The position numbers and the translations under genes are program-made. 64,000 nt of DNA from Eledone cirrhosa (taxonomy: Eukaryota): the NCBI GenBank assembly GCA_964016885.1, contig OZ024743.1, forward strand, positions 262,136,001 through 262,200,000. The letters are read 5' to 3'. The notes under the pieces are model-generated. The model worked only from the letters and a program-made list of their open reading frames with translations. It made no database searches and had not been told where the DNA came from. Below, piece by piece: positions 22,860 through 36,681 of the stretch. The number at the start of each line of letters is the position of its first letter. Position 1 is the first letter of the stretch.

Positions 22860-23220
22860 CAAAATACACCCCGTCCCGCCACCACCCCCACCCCATCCAC
22901 ACCACCCCGTTCTATGTAAAGTTATGTTGGTGCCGCGCCATCCAGGCCGAAACAAATGAGATCGTGTAGGTGTCACGACAAAAAAACACACAGTCCACGC
23001 TGTAATGTGCCCGTGTAGGCAACACGGTAAAAACCTCCCAGACTCACACTGTAAATGTGGTTGGTGTTAGGAAGGGCATCCAACTGTAGAAAACCTGCCA
23101 GACAGTCCTATGCGAGCAAGACAATCACTCTTGCCTCAAGTGGGACTACCCCCGTCCAAACCCATGCAAGCATGGAACACGGACGTTAAACGTTGATGAT
23201 GATGATGATGATGATGATGA
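20766..23220 (+). mobile_element. RTE LINE subfamily 1 copy with 20-bp TSD
   Basis: 3' UTR and (GAT)n tail. TGGTGACCTGACATACATAT at 20672-20691 and at 23371-23390. Confidence 0.92.
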
Positions 23221-23229
23221 TATATACAT

Positions 23230-23332
<103 letters not shown>

Positions 23333-23417
23333 CACACATATATATATATATATATACATACACACATATATGGTGACCTGACATACATATGTACACACAC
23401 ATACATACATACATACA

Positions 23418-23591
23418 TTTATACCTGTGATTATTGGGTCACTGGGGTATGTTAGTAACTGTCTCAATACAAATGTTGAGAAGCTAGGCTTCACAGAAAC
23501 AGAAAGAACACGACTAGTTAGAAAATTACAAGAACAATCCATTAATGGAACAGTAAAAATGTGTAAACCAATCCAAAAATTCTGCATCTAA
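23418..23591 (+). mobile_element. Second R4/Dong-like 3' fragment
   Basis: Hand translation [50 protein letters not shown] aligns with the 19.0-19.3 kb peptide. Starts at (TACA)n. Confidence 0.7.
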
Positions 23592-23717
23592 TAACTGCAT
23601 ACACACATACAGATACAAAGCATATGTACATGCACACATATAACTCAAAACACACATACACGCATGCAGACGTACATACATATCTATCTAATTGATGTTG
23701 TTTAAATTCGAATGAGT

Positions 23718-24140
23718 GAAGGCACATGGCTTAGTGGTTAGAGCATTGGGCTTGCAATCGAAAGGTTGTGAGTTCAATTCTCAGACCGGGTGATGTGTTG
23801 TTTCCTTGAGCAAGACAGTTTATTTCACATTGCTCCAATTTACTCAGCTGTAGAAATGAGATGATAGGACTGGCGCCCTATCATTCCACTGCAAAGTGGT
23901 CGTGGAGGTGCCACGGCAAAAAAGGCACCCAGCCCACACTGTAAAGTGGACGTGTAGGCGCCACGGAAAAAAAGCATCCAGCACTCACTGTAAATGAGGT
24001 TGGTGTTAGGAAGGGCATCCAGCTGTAGAAATCAAGCCAAAATCAGTTCCTGTATGAGCAAGACACGGCTCAGAACAGGACAATCCGTCTAACCCATGCT
24101 AGCGTGGAAGAACGGATGTAAAACGGTGATGATGATGATG
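23718..24140 (+). mobile_element. SINE family S2 with RTE-derived tail (type a)
   Basis: tRNA-like head plus CORE-like segment, then a 3' half shared with the RTE subfamily-2 3' UTR, ending in (GAT)n. Confidence 0.9.
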
Positions 24141-24935
24141 AGAGTCTTGTGTATATGTTAGAAACCAACTCTCTCTCTATTGGTAAAAATTTATAAAATT
24201 ATAAAACCAGAACAACATACATATAGTGTTGTTAGGTAAGTAGGTATGCATTTTAGAAAATGTCTGTAAATTCAAAATAACTCATCATCATCATTTAATA
24301 TCCACTTTTCCATGTTGTCATGTGTTGAACAGAATGGACCAAGTCACTGTTGTCTCACTGATGAACCTGGTGACCACATCCCATTTACTTATATTCTGAT
24401 TTTAGTATGGTTTCTATGAATGTATGCCCTTCTTGTCATCAACCATTTTACAATGTGTTCTGGGTGCATTTTTATCATGGCATCGGTAATAGGGAGGTTG
24501 TGATGGTTTTGCCATAACAGAAGAGTAGTCCTTTTGACACTTTACTTAGCATGTTTTCTATGGCTGAATGCCTTTCCTAATGTTCTAAAGTACTAGGGGA
24601 ATTTTATCTGTGACATAACTAAAAATTCTTCTTTACCCTATTGGCAGAGTTTCTATGGCTTGATGTCCTTCCTAACATCAATTACTTTACAGAGTTTATT
24701 GGGTGCATTTTGTCAAGACATTGACAAAAGGGAGGCTGTCAGTCTTCAACTAAAGAACTTTCTCTTCTCTATGAAGGAGAGGGACTCCCTATGATTTCTG
24801 CATACATTAACATAAATTAGGCAATATTCTTGAATACCAGCCACTTTTTTTTATAAACACTCGTCATCCAATCTTTCATTTTGACTCACATGTGTAAATA
24901 TATGAAATTTCAAAAGAAAAACTAATGCAGTAATC

Positions 24936-24992
<57 letters not shown>

Positions 24993-25278
24993 ACTCTCAC
25001 TCTCTCTCTCTCCCTTCTGTCTTCTCTTAGGGGAGATCAAAGTACGCAGGAAATGTGAAATATGTGGTTCAATTCCCTTTGGTTGTGATGATGATGGTGG
25101 TGGTGGTGGTGTTTAGAGTATGCTTTTGTTTTTGTTTTTTTTTAACTTAGAAATTCATTTAACTTTCTGAATCGCATTAGTTTACATATTTCCTAAATAG
25201 ATGTGTGTGTGTGTAAATATATATATATATAAGGAACTGTTCTGTTTCATCTATTTAAAAAAAAATATATATAATCGA

Positions 25279-25366
25279 CTGTCTGAAGAGCCGATCGATA
25301 ATGGAGTCGGATCCATAACTTCTATGGGTGACCCTCAGTCAATACTCAGCGAAACTCATGTAACAG
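25279..25366 (+). ncRNA. Candidate type I hammerhead ribozyme with extended stem II
   Basis: CTGT-CTGAAGA-GC...GC-GAAA-CTCATG-TA-ACAG: stem I CTGT/ACAG, GUA cleavage triplet. Lies in a ~180-bp unit between (TA)n runs. Confidence 0.6.
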
Positions 25367-26255
25367 GTTGATACACAATAAAATACTAAATTGAAATCGT
25401 TTTTCTTTATATATATAAGGAGAGGTGGAGTTAGCTGATCTCAAGATGTTGAACCTCACAAAGAAGATGACGAAGGAAAGAAACAAGTGGAGAGACTCTT
25501 CTAACCCATGTGAGCAAAGGAAAGCAGGTATGAAAAAATAGTGGTGATGATGATGATTATATATATCATCTTTATAATCATCATCATTCAACGTCTATTT
25601 TTCCATGCTTGCATGAGTTAGACAGTTGTCACATTATTAGACATGTCAGGTCATATAGATCTGTATTTTGGCTTGGTTTTTATGGATGGATGCCCTTCCT
25701 AATGCCAACCACATTACAGTATGGACTGGGTACTTTTTCGTTGTGTCAACAGTACGGCAACCACACAGGGTGGACAGGGCACGTTTTGTCGTGTCACAAG
25801 CACAAATACCTTACAAGGTGGACTGTGTGCTTTTTTTTGTGTCACCCACATGACTACCTTACCGGGTTGACTCAGTGCTCTTTTCTCATGTCACCAGCAC
25901 AACCACCTTACAGGGTTGACTAGAAGCCTCTTGAGTCACTAGCATGGCTACCTTACAGGGTGGATTGGGTGCTGCAAATATATATATACATATATAAATA
26001 CAAATACATATACAAATATATTTACACTGTAAATGTGGTTGGTGTTAGGAAGGGCATCCAGCCGTAGAAAACCTGCCAGATACAGTTCTATACGAGCGAG
26101 ACATGGTCACCCGATCAATCTTGCCTCAAGTGGGACTATTCTTGTCTAACCCATGCTAGCGTGGAAGATAGATGTTAAACGATGATGATGATGATATATA
26201 TATCATCATCATCATCATTGTTTAACGTCCATCTTCCACGCTTGCATGGGTTTGG

Positions 26256-26361
<106 letters not shown>

Positions 26362-28014
26362 GTGTTGAAAGGAAAAAAAGAAAGATGTTCTGTAGTTGTC
26401 ATAAATAGTTGAAACAAAATCATTGCTTATGTTTCAATGATTTTTTGGGGAAAGTCAATGTATTTTTCTAGAACATTTCAAAACATACGGGTAAAGAATA
26501 TAATGATTTATTTAGTTTTATAACTTTTAATAAAATACACGATTTGATCAAACATCTCTTAAAGTGAAATTGCCAAGCCAACGACTATATCCTGACATAT
26601 TTTGGATAGCTTTGTATATATACGTATATAAAAAAACAAACTTTGTATATTCTTTTACTGGTTGTGTCTATATAAATATTTGATATGTATAATGCAGCAT
26701 AACTATAACTATGAATGTTTGGAGTTTTTTCTGAAAATTATTCAACTTGCCAAAAGTTCAATCAAAGAGAAATGGCTCAGGCAATTGATTGATTTTGGCT
26801 CAACTCTTTGTGAACATTTTTTAACAGTTTTTTTCAATATTCAAAGTTTTTGAAAACAGATGTTAAATGATGATGATGAGGATATATGTATGTAAACAAC
26901 CAATTGACTTAAGAGGCACTAGGAAAATTTAGTCATCCTAATGCAATAATAATAGTCAGTTACTATAAATAATAGTCGAGGTAAAGTATCTCTGGAGATA
27001 AACAAGTGTGAACAGAGATGCCTGCAAAGGAAATAAACCCAGCCTCCGCCCACTTTTTCCCCTCTTCAGGGGAACTAATTTTTCTCGACTATTATTTTGG
27101 TCATTTGCATTGGGGGGACTACATTTCAAATATATATTTATATTCATACACACCCACATGTAGACATCTTTGTCCACTTTTTTTGTCTTGAGGGATACTT
27201 TACCAATTTATTCAACTGTTTTCCATAGCTGTCAACTGTTATTATAATTATCTGCATTGTGGAAACCATATATATTTATATATATTTATTATCATTGTTT
27301 AACATCCGCTTTCCCTGCTAGCAACAGTTGGACTGGTCTACATGGACCAAGTGAGTACTGAAGCGAGGCTACTGACCTCCAGACAGGCCAGGAGGTCTGC
27401 ATCTTGCTTGTGTATGGTCATACATTTTATTTAGTGCACAAGAGAGGTTGTCATGTCTTTTGATACAAACTGAAGGGTCCTCCCAACCCTTTGTTTGGCA
27501 AGCTTTCTATGATTAGATGCCCTTCTTATCACCAACCACTTTACAGCGTGTACTGGGTGCATTTATCATGTAGATCACCAACACTAGGGCAATAAATCAG
27601 AAAGACAGAATGCCACATGTCTACCATAAAAACCATATCTTAATATATTTCCTTTTAACCCTTTCATTACCATATTTCCTTGTCACAACTGAAGGGTCCT
27701 CCCAACTCTTTATTTGATAAGCTTTCTCTGGATGGATGCCCTTCCCATCAGCAATGAATTAACAGCATGCATTGGGTGCATTTCTCCTGTATATCATCCC
27801 AAAAAATACGTTTCCTTGTGGCTGATTAGATGTTATACACACCTTCTGTTGAAGGCCCAGTTAGATATGAAAAACTCAATTTACAGGAATGTTTACATGC
27901 CTACATATTAAATATGTGTATATTTATATACACATTGATGCAGTCTTAATTATGCACTCTATATGTATACAAATATACCTTTATGATACATATATGTATG
28001 TGTGTGTATGTGTG

Positions 28015-28059
<45 letters not shown>

Positions 28060-28066
<7 letters not shown>

Positions 28067-28430
28067 GTTAGTCCTTCATCAGTGATCTTCCAACCATCAT
28101 TGGTATTTCATTGCTTTAAAGACCATATACCTCCGGTTGGTGCGAGCAACGGCTAAAAAAAGTCGTTGGGACACGTAAATAAAGGGGACACGAGAGTGTA
28201 AACAAACAAAGATGGTGAAGCAACGAAAAGTGAGGAAGAATGAGTCAAGTCCCAAATTTCCATGAATATAAGTTCGGTGAAATCGTGAACGAGAGAGAAT
28301 AAAGACCATCAAACCTGGTTGGAATGTGAGCAATGAAGGAATTCCGTACAGGTCTAATGGGAGGAAGAAGGAATCTAGTCTGTGAATTCGGTGAACATAA
28401 GTTCTGTGAAATCGTAGACGAGAGAGAGAG

Positions 28431-28484
<54 letters not shown>

Positions 28485-28588
28485 TAAAATAACAGATTAA
28501 AATATTTGCTCTACGGTTCTTATATATTTGATATATATTTATCCTTATCGAGCCCTCTTTGGATTTTAGTCTTGAAATTTATTATTAT

Positions 28589-28592
<4 letters not shown>
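28060..28592. mobile_element. (TA)n-embedded Penelope-pLTR-like fragments
   Basis: 28070-28120 resembles 32722-32775. 28481-28592 shares sequence with 40765-40876. All pieces are bounded by (TA)n. Confidence 0.5.
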
Positions 28593-28632
<40 letters not shown>

Positions 28633-28633
<1 letters not shown>

Positions 28634-28972
28634 CATCATCATCATTTCATTTTATGTCCACTTTTCCCTGCTTGCAAGGGTGGGACGGCAACTGATTCTG
28701 GCTTGATTTCTACAGCTGGATGCCCTTCCTAACACCAACCTCATTTACAGTGACTGCTGGGTGCTTTTTTGCCGTGGCACCTCCACGACCACTTTGCAGT
28801 GGAATGATAGGGACCCCAGTCCCTATCATCTGATTTCTACAGCTGAGTAAACTGGAGGAATGTGAAATAAAGTGCCTTGCTCAAGGAAACAACACATCGC
28901 CTGGTCTGCGAATTGAACTCACAACCTTTCGATTGCAAGGCCAATGCTCTAACCACTAAGCCATGTGCCTCC
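28633..28972 (-). mobile_element. SINE family S2 with RTE-derived tail
   Basis: Reverse complement of the 23.7-kb type, with a shortened tail. Confidence 0.9.
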
Positions 28973-29509
28973 ATTATATATATATATATAATGAATGAAA
29001 ATAAATCACTATGTTGCGTGTAAAATACTATAGGGATCATCGTAAGTACATCTCAAGTTCTCCAAACAACTACATACATACAGATTTTTATGTAGATATG
29101 TATCACCTACGCATATATATGTATATATACACAAAGCGAAAATAAATCCTACTATTTTGTGTGAGAGACTCTAAAGTGACCATTGTACATACATTGTAAG
29201 CACTTTACACTGCATGCACTCTGGATATAGACTTCATTTCCGGCCTACATACGTCTCTTAAATTAAACGTGTGTAGATCTTTTTGTTGTGGCCTAGCGAT
29301 AGGTACTAGAGAAAGTGGAGATCCTAGTCATGGGTTCAATCCTGTTCCAGAGTACATACATACAACACTTAGGAAAACGGAAACAAAAACATTTTATTTA
29401 TCTACTTATTGGCCCTTGTGGCCAATAAATGAAACTATTATTTATCTACTTGACAAGTGTGTGCTATACTTACGCATATCTGTTTGTTTTCTTCTTGTTA
29501 TATTGTTTG

Positions 29510-31880
29510 GATGGAGAGACAGAACAAAATTGCTATGACGACATGCATGGGTTAAGTGTGTGACAAAACTGGTCGCTGTTCCAAAATAGAACATTGCCCG
29601 GATAATCACATCTGTCATTTATACACAGAACCCGAGAACTCTTTCAAATTTGATGGGTTGTATGTGGTAAATGCCATGTTTCTGTCTACCTTCAATGTGC
29701 TACAAACTTTCCAAAGATCCCAGGTCAAAAAAAGGGCCACCATATTTCTATGATGAATGGACTCTGGGAAATTGTCCAGCTACCAAATTGGTCCTTTCAG
29801 TGCCTGGCCTGAGTTTCTTCCCCTACCATTGCTGTTGAACAACAACAAAAACTGTCTTCTCCTACCATTATTATTGAAGAACATTAACAATGACAACAAA
29901 AGCTGACAGTGTCTTCCTTTCCCATTACTCTTTAACAACGACAACAAATATCTACCATCGATAAGGAAATTCAGAAACTGATTTCTGATCTAAGACTAGA
30001 AATAGTAGGAATCTTATTGGAGTGCCTTGCTTAAAAATCTGCCATCTCTAGATGCATCGAGAAAGCCACCGAATCTGCCACCCACAAAGTAATTGCCATC
30101 GGTGTATCAGAAGACATAACTGATCTTCAGGCATTTACTGGCAACTAGTCCAAGGACCTAGACTGTGTTCCTCCAAAAAGTGCTCTCTGCCTTGGTCAAC
30201 TAAGTCCAAAATCTAGACTAATTAGGCTGTCATTTGCAACCTCTACTGAGACATGTGCATAGCATTTAGCCTCTGAAAAGGCTAGGCATGAAAATCAAAT
30301 TTCCTTTCAAATTCATTATGGCTTACAACTGATGGACAGCAAAAACTTCATGCTGTAGCTTCCTTAAATAGCAACTAAGCACCACGTGAAAGTTTTAGCC
30401 TGCATGAGGATGGGCAGATATGGAAATTTGTCATGTCTTGTGAGACATGGAAAAGAGATACCAGCTGGTCTGAGCATAGTGTACTCACAATAGCTGGCAA
30501 TGAAAAATCTGTGGGAAACTAAACAAGAACAACCTGCCATCCCCTTTATATCATAAGCTGAAATTCAGATACAAATTATTGTCTTTAAATGCTCATAGTT
30601 CATGCAACAAGATCCATCTTTTTGATTCTTATGTCAAAAGTATCAACCCCGATTTCATTATAGTCCTGGAAACATGGGTACATTCTTTACTCTGCGATGG
30701 TGTTTTTAGCATAGCTAGTTACAACTTGTTTCACAAAGACTGCATTAATCATGGTGGTGGTGGTGTGATGGTCAACGTTCATTCAAACTTTTCAGCAATT
30801 CCTTATGATGATTTGAACCTATCACAAGAGGTATTTTTCTGTGATATACGTATGACTATGTCAACACTTCTACTTAGAGTTGTTTACTGAATTTTTAACG
30901 ATCTCAAAGAATACACAGAACTTATTGCTGAATGCTATGCAGGCATGTTTACTTTTGAAAATCAAAATGTACCATCTCCACCACCTCTGACATAAAATTC
31001 TGTAGCAACTATGGAATTTACACCTGCAATGCTATGATGCAACATCAAGAATAAATGCAACTATGCCTCTCCTGGTCTTGAGGGTGTTACGCACCTACTT
31101 CTCAAACACGGTGGGCTCTTCTGCACCAGTTTTTACTCTTCTTTCAATTCTGCCTTAACAATGGTGTTGCCCCGAAGCAATGGAAAACCACCAGTGTCAT
31201 TCCTCTGTCAAAAAAGTGTGATCGCATATCACCTGTCAGATATAGTCTAGTCAGTCTTACTAGCTTACTGCATCGCCAAACTGAGTCCTCTGTCAGATAA
31301 ACACTCTAGAACTTCTGGAACTCTTACAGCCTTACCTGACCCTTGCAATTTGGATTTACCGCTAACTCCAGCTGCTGTGGCCAACTCATTGAGTTTCTTG
31401 AAGTCATTACCTAAATCACTGATGGTGGCTCATGGGTGGATGTTATTTATTTTGACTTTGCTAAAGCTTTTAATTATGTGCCACATAAATGACTTATGGC
31501 AAACTGTCTGCAATGGGTATGAGAGATGATCTTTATAACTGGTTGAAGTTCTTTATTCTCAGTCAAAAAGAGATAGTTATAGTTCTAGGACAGCATTCTT
31601 CACTCTATGAGATGACATATGATGTACCACAGGGATCTGTTCTTGATCCCCTTTTGTTTGTTGCATATATTAATGACATAGATGCCAACTTGAAGAATGT
31701 TGCAGTGCTGGAATATGCAGATGACATCAAGCTGCACTTTGAGATAAAAAGGACAGATCTAGTATGCTATAGATCTTACCTGCAATCAGACCTAGACACA
31801 ATGCAGCAATGACTTATGGACTGGCAACTAAAGCTGGCTGTGGACAAGTGTACCATCATGCATTTTGGGAAGAAAAACTA
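29510..31880 (+). pseudogene. Decayed CR1-like LINE (ORF1 remnant, APE, RT)
   Basis: APE: LNAHS..NK, IIVLETW, KDC..HGGGGV (30579-30890). RT: WVDVIYFDFAKAFNYVPH, VPQGSVLDPLLFVAYINDI, EYADDIKL. Many stops and deletions. The 5' boundary is approximate. Confidence 0.8.
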
Positions 31881-31892
31881 TTATTATTAGGG

Positions 31893-32097
31893 TGGTAGAT
31901 TGGCAGTATAGGTAGAGTGTCAGACACAATACTCTGAAGTATAGAGTTATGGCCCTTTACGTTCTGAGTTCAAATCATGCTGAGGTTAGCTTTGCCTTTC
32001 ATCGTCGATAAAATAACATACCAGGAATGCACTGGGGTCAATTTAATCGACTTTCCCCTCCCCCAAAATTACTGGCCTTGTGCCTATATAAGAAACT
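31893..32097 (+). mobile_element. SINE family S1
   Basis: TGGCAGTATAGGTAG head, GAGTTCAAATC, GCCTTTCATCGTCGATAAA. Confidence 0.8.
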
Positions 32098-32115
32098 ATT
32101 CCTCATCATCCTCAT

Positions 32116-32628
32116 CATTTTACGTCCGCTTTTCCCTGCTTCCAAGGGTGGGACGGGAACTGATTCTGGCTTGGTTTCTACAGATGGATGCCCTTCCTAA
32201 CACCAACCTCATTTACAGTGAGTGCTGGGTGCATTTTTCCGTGGCACCTACACAACCATTTTGCAGTGGAATGATAGGGACCCCAGTCCCTATCATCTCA
32301 TTTCTATAGGTGAGTAAACTGGAGCAATGTGAAATAAAGTGTCTTGCTCAAGGAAACAACACATCACCCGGGTGATGTGTTGTTTCCTTGAGCAAGACAC
32401 TTTATTTCACATTGCTCCAGTTTACTCAGCTGTAGAAATGAGATAATAGGGACTGGGGTCCCTATCATTCCACTGCAAAATGGTCGTGGAGGTGCCACGG
32501 CAAAAAAGCACCCAGCACTCACTGTAAATGAGGTTGGTGTTAGGAAGGGCATCCAGCTGTAGAAATCAAGCCAGAATCAGTTCCCGTCCCACCCTTGCAA
32601 GCAGGCAGGGAAAAGTGGACGTAAAATG
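32116..32628. repeat. Spacer-less ~255-bp-arm palindrome of headless SINE S2
   Basis: 32116-32369 is the reverse complement of 32370-32628 (about 10 mismatches). Centre CACCC|GGGTG. Confidence 0.93.
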
Positions 32629-32898
32629 AAATGATGAAAATGAAATGATATATATATATATATATATAAAATATGGGGAGAAGAATACTGCTGGTTGTAC
32701 ATGGATAACATGTTATAAAATGAGTCCCTCATCAGTGATTTGCCAACGGTCATTGGTATTTCATTGCATTAAAAATATATATATATATATGTGTATGTAT
32801 GTATGTATGTATGTGTGTGTGAGTTCTGTTATTATTTCTGGCAATATTATTACAACAATATGACCCTCCTCAAGTATAACAATATATATATATATGTA

Positions 32899-32990
32899 CA
32901 GTGAAACCTCAGTTCACAAACTTAATTCGTTTCTTAAGATCGTTCGACACCTGAAATGTTTGTAAACTGAAACTAATTTTCCCATATGAA
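32899..32990 (+). mobile_element. Pogo/Tigger-like terminal fragment
   Basis: TA-CAGTGAAACCTCAGTTCACAAACTTAATTCGTTTC resembles Tigger-type TIRs (recalled). No partner end found. Confidence 0.5.
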
Positions 32991-33057
32991 ATGTTGAGAG
33001 AGAAATACAGTGAAAGACAGATAGATATCAACATAGTAACTAACTACACAGCAAGTG

Positions 33058-33091
<34 letters not shown>

Positions 33092-33925
33092 GTGTGTGTG
33101 TGTTTGTGTGTTTGTAGTAACTAACTACACAGCAAGTGACACACACACACACACACATATATATATATGTGTGTTGTGTGTTTGTACTACTCGATGCATG
33201 ATCAGCTGCTGGGTGGGTATAGTGAAGATATAGAGTGCCAACAGTGAGTCCAACAAATTGAATACACTGGGCTTCTCCAGTTTCCATCTACCAAATTTCA
33301 CTCACAAGGTATTAGTCAACCTATCACTAGAGTAGAAGATTCTTGCTCAAGATGCCATCTAGCAGGATTGAACGCAGAACCATGTGGTTGCAAAGCAAAA
33401 AGCCTTAACCACACAGTCATAAACACACACACACACACACCTTGTTTACATTACAGTAACAGTGGTGCAGAGAAAGTTTAGACTTGTAAGGAATTTGAAA
33501 TCTATATCCCAAGATTTTTTTGCTGCTACTCTCCTACTTTTTACCATTTCTTTACTTCTTTTGTTCATTTGCTACTTTTAGACACATCAGGATTCTCTCA
33601 GAATTCTCTTCATGCTGCTTAATTTGCTTCAAACCAATATACCACAATCTATTCTAAACAATTACCCTGTTTTTCATCCATAGATATTTCACTGCCAACC
33701 AACTATATTCACTAGAAATATAGAACAAGAGGTTAGAGTATGCTAGACTTGCTAGTCATTTTTTATGTCCTTTTTTTCTTTCTTTTTATTTTTTTCATCT
33801 ATATCCTTCCTTTCTTTTCTCTCCTTCCTTGCTTCACCGTATAATTGGCAGTGGTTTTTTTGTTTGTTTATATTTCACTGATATTTTTGTGGGTTTTTTA
33901 CACACATACACACATCTCTCACTTC

Positions 33926-33973
<48 letters not shown>

Positions 33974-34060
33974 GTCTATCTATTTATCTGTCTGTCTGTC
34001 TGTCTGCCTGCCTGTCTGTCTGTATGTCTGTCTGTCTGTCTGCCTGTCTGTCTGCCTGCC

Positions 34061-34093
<33 letters not shown>

Positions 34094-34110
34094 GCCTGTC
34101 TGTCTGTCTG
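33926..34110. repeat. (TCTA)n/(TCTG)n compound microsatellite
   Basis: Seen directly. Confidence 0.9.
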
Positions 34111-34675
34111 TATACGTATGTGTGTGTGTTTATATCCCATCCTTGTATGAAAAAAAGAGGCTAAATGATGCTGATGTTAATAATATATATATCACAACAC
34201 AACATTCTCTCTAGTGCTGGTGCCACAAAAAATGTCCCTAGTACACCTTGTAATGGCTGGTGGTAGGAAAGGCAAGCAGCTGTAGAGAACTTGCCAAACA
34301 AAAGGTCAATAAAACTCTTCAGTTATGTTGGAGACATGACAATCTCCCTAGTGTTGGTGCACTCAGTAGTGTGCGGGGTGAGTGGTGTGTGTGTATGTTA
34401 GCGAGATGCTTACCCTTTCCTACCTGCTATCCTGCCCTGGCCTGCTATCCTGCCCTGGCCTATCTGAGAGGTCTGTAACACCAATCAAGTATTAACATAG
34501 CCTATGACAACCAGCTTAACCCTGAAAACAGATATTAAATTATGATGATGATGATCGAGATTAGTCCAACCCATGCCAACATGGAAGTATGGATGATGAG
34601 TCTTCTTCTTTTGTCATCAAGCTTAACGTATACACACACATATTTATATATATATATATGTGTGTGAGTGTGTGT

Positions 34676-34717
<42 letters not shown>

Positions 34718-34718
34718 A

Positions 34719-34770
<52 letters not shown>

Positions 34771-34778
34771 TATATGCT

Positions 34779-34809
<31 letters not shown>

Positions 34810-35526
34810 ATGTACTCACTCACACACACATATATATATAAATATATATATATATAGAGAGAGAGGGGATAATATAATTGTTTCTACTTTTGACACAAGG
34901 CCACCAATTATCCAGTGCATTACTGGTACATTATTTTATCAACCCCGTAGGATGAAATGCAAAGTTAACCTCAACAGGATTTGAACTCAGAATGGCAAGG
35001 GCCATAACTCTATGCGTCAAAGCATGGCATCCGACCCTCTACCAATACTGCCGGGGGATAATATAATATCAATTGATAACTGATACGAGTAAGACCATTA
35101 TTCAACTTAGTACTCCTTACTTTAAGGAAAGTAGTGTAGAATGTATATAGAATGTGTGTGTGTTTATATATATATATATTATATATACACACACACACAC
35201 ACACATATATAAAAAATATATATGTGTGTATGTGTCATGCTTGATTTCTCAGGTATTTATCTCCCTACTCTCCCATATTCCACAAATAAATGAACGTGAG
35301 CCAAATTATGGTAACTAAGATTCTTTTACTGAATTGCTCTGGCAAATCTATCTCAGAAATCTCGATCAGCTAAATTAATTATTAAGAGATTTCAGTAATA
35401 GCTGTTGTTGTTGCTCTTGTTGCTGTATTTATGATAACTTGTCAGAATATCATTGGCAACAACCAAAGCAGCACTGAGCTTTTTGATTATCTCCATTCTC
35501 GAGACAGATATATATATATATCAATC

Positions 35527-36125
<599 letters not shown>

Positions 36126-36373
36126 GTGTGTAGATTCTATTCTTCTTGCAGACCTACCTACTTATCTGTCTGTCTATCTCCTTACTTTCTAAATACCTAC
36201 CTATTTACCTATCTATGTACCTACTTGCCTACCTATTCATTTATCAATATATCTATCTCCCTATCTATCTATTTTAATCTTCGTTTATCAATTTTTCTAT
36301 TTATCTATCTATCTACTTATCTATCTACCTATCTATATACATATTCTATCTATCCACTTATCTATTCATCCAT

Positions 36374-36441
<68 letters not shown>

Positions 36442-36443
36442 AT

Positions 36444-36474
<31 letters not shown>

Positions 36475-36509
36475 CATACATATATATATATATATATACA
36501 CACATACAT

Positions 36510-36577
<68 letters not shown>

Positions 36578-36579
36578 AT

Positions 36580-36610
<31 letters not shown>

Positions 36611-36615
36611 CATAC

Positions 36616-36678
<63 letters not shown>

Positions 36679-36681
<3 letters not shown>

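Noticed and set aside
23718-23790. tRNA genes at SINE heads
   Set aside because: No complete cloverleaf, and each is followed by a SINE core and tail.
28068-28120. CTGATGA motifs on the minus strand here and at about 32725
   Set aside because: No downstream stem II partner or GAAA; truncated, so they cannot be called ribozymes.
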